Below the pieces are notes generated by a model. It ran no database searches. It was not told the origin of the DNA and saw nothing but the letters and a program-made list of their open reading frames with translations. From positions 108,375 to 172,374 of IMG/VR virus record IMGVR_UViG_3300009540_000001: a stretch of 64,000 nucleotides of DNA. One strand, 5' to 3'. Shown here in pieces: positions 63,578 to 64,000 of this stretch. The stretch is from a virus. Taxonomy: Duplodnaviria > Caudoviricetes. A program made the translations under genes and the position numbers. How positions within the stretch are numbered: position 1 is the first letter of the stretch; each line of letters begins with the position of its first letter.

Positions 63578-64000
63578 CTGTCTCTCCAGTCAGGGGTTGT
63601 CAGTCGTTACCCAGTTGGGGTATCACATAGAGGTCGCAATGGTCAACCAACTCGCACTCATCAATCACTCAAAACAGCTGTCGCCAGAGGCCCTCGCGGC
63701 GTTCGTCGGCGCCCTCGACGTGCAGCTCCGTGTACACCTCCCCAAGGCTTGGGGCAAGGACGTGATGCCGTGGGTTGCGGGCAGCAACTTCAGGCTCTCT
63801 CCTTCCTTGTGGCAGCTTCACATTTGGGATGAAGTCCAGGAAGCGCGACACGCGGGCGCCATGGGGCGACACGAGACCGTCGGCGCTACCTATACCCCGC
63901 AAGGGCACGTATTTCTGAACCCTGTCGCGCGTGCCAAAGAGGACTGGACCGTCATCGCGTCGCACGAGGCGCTCGAGCTCGCGATGAACCCGGAGCTCAA

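Noticed and set aside
63578-64000. ORFs at the right edge
   Set aside because: Truncated or ambiguous frames; no call can be supported.

Overview
This is a high-GC (by eye about two-thirds GC), gene-dense segment of a large tailed dsDNA bacteriophage. The host cannot be fixed from this window. Recognisable content: tail/virion genes (1-7.7 kb, 10.7-14.4 kb, 23-26.8 kb), two HNH endonucleases, a phage tmRNA, nucleotide-supply enzymes (dCMP deaminase, ThyX, dNMP kinase, 5'-nucleotidase), a pyrimidine-dimer glycosylase-like gene, a ParB-like protein, SNF2- and UvrD-type helicases, an endolysin and an XRE HTH protein. The main unexplained feature is a family of about 52 small (53-96 aa), highly diversified, translationally coupled minus-strand genes. 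They share Gly-Asp-Gly motifs and usually a C-terminal Y-E-E, sit in six clusters between 14.6 and 44 kb, and have a tandem pair of DUF6948-like genes as a candidate partner. At the DNA level there is a dispersed pseudo-palindrome CTTTACG(G/C)CGTAAAG (about 25 exact core hits, about 40 with variants), two promoter classes (one leaderless) and an origin-like inverted repeat at about 29 kb. All family names come from motif recognition and memory; no database search was run.
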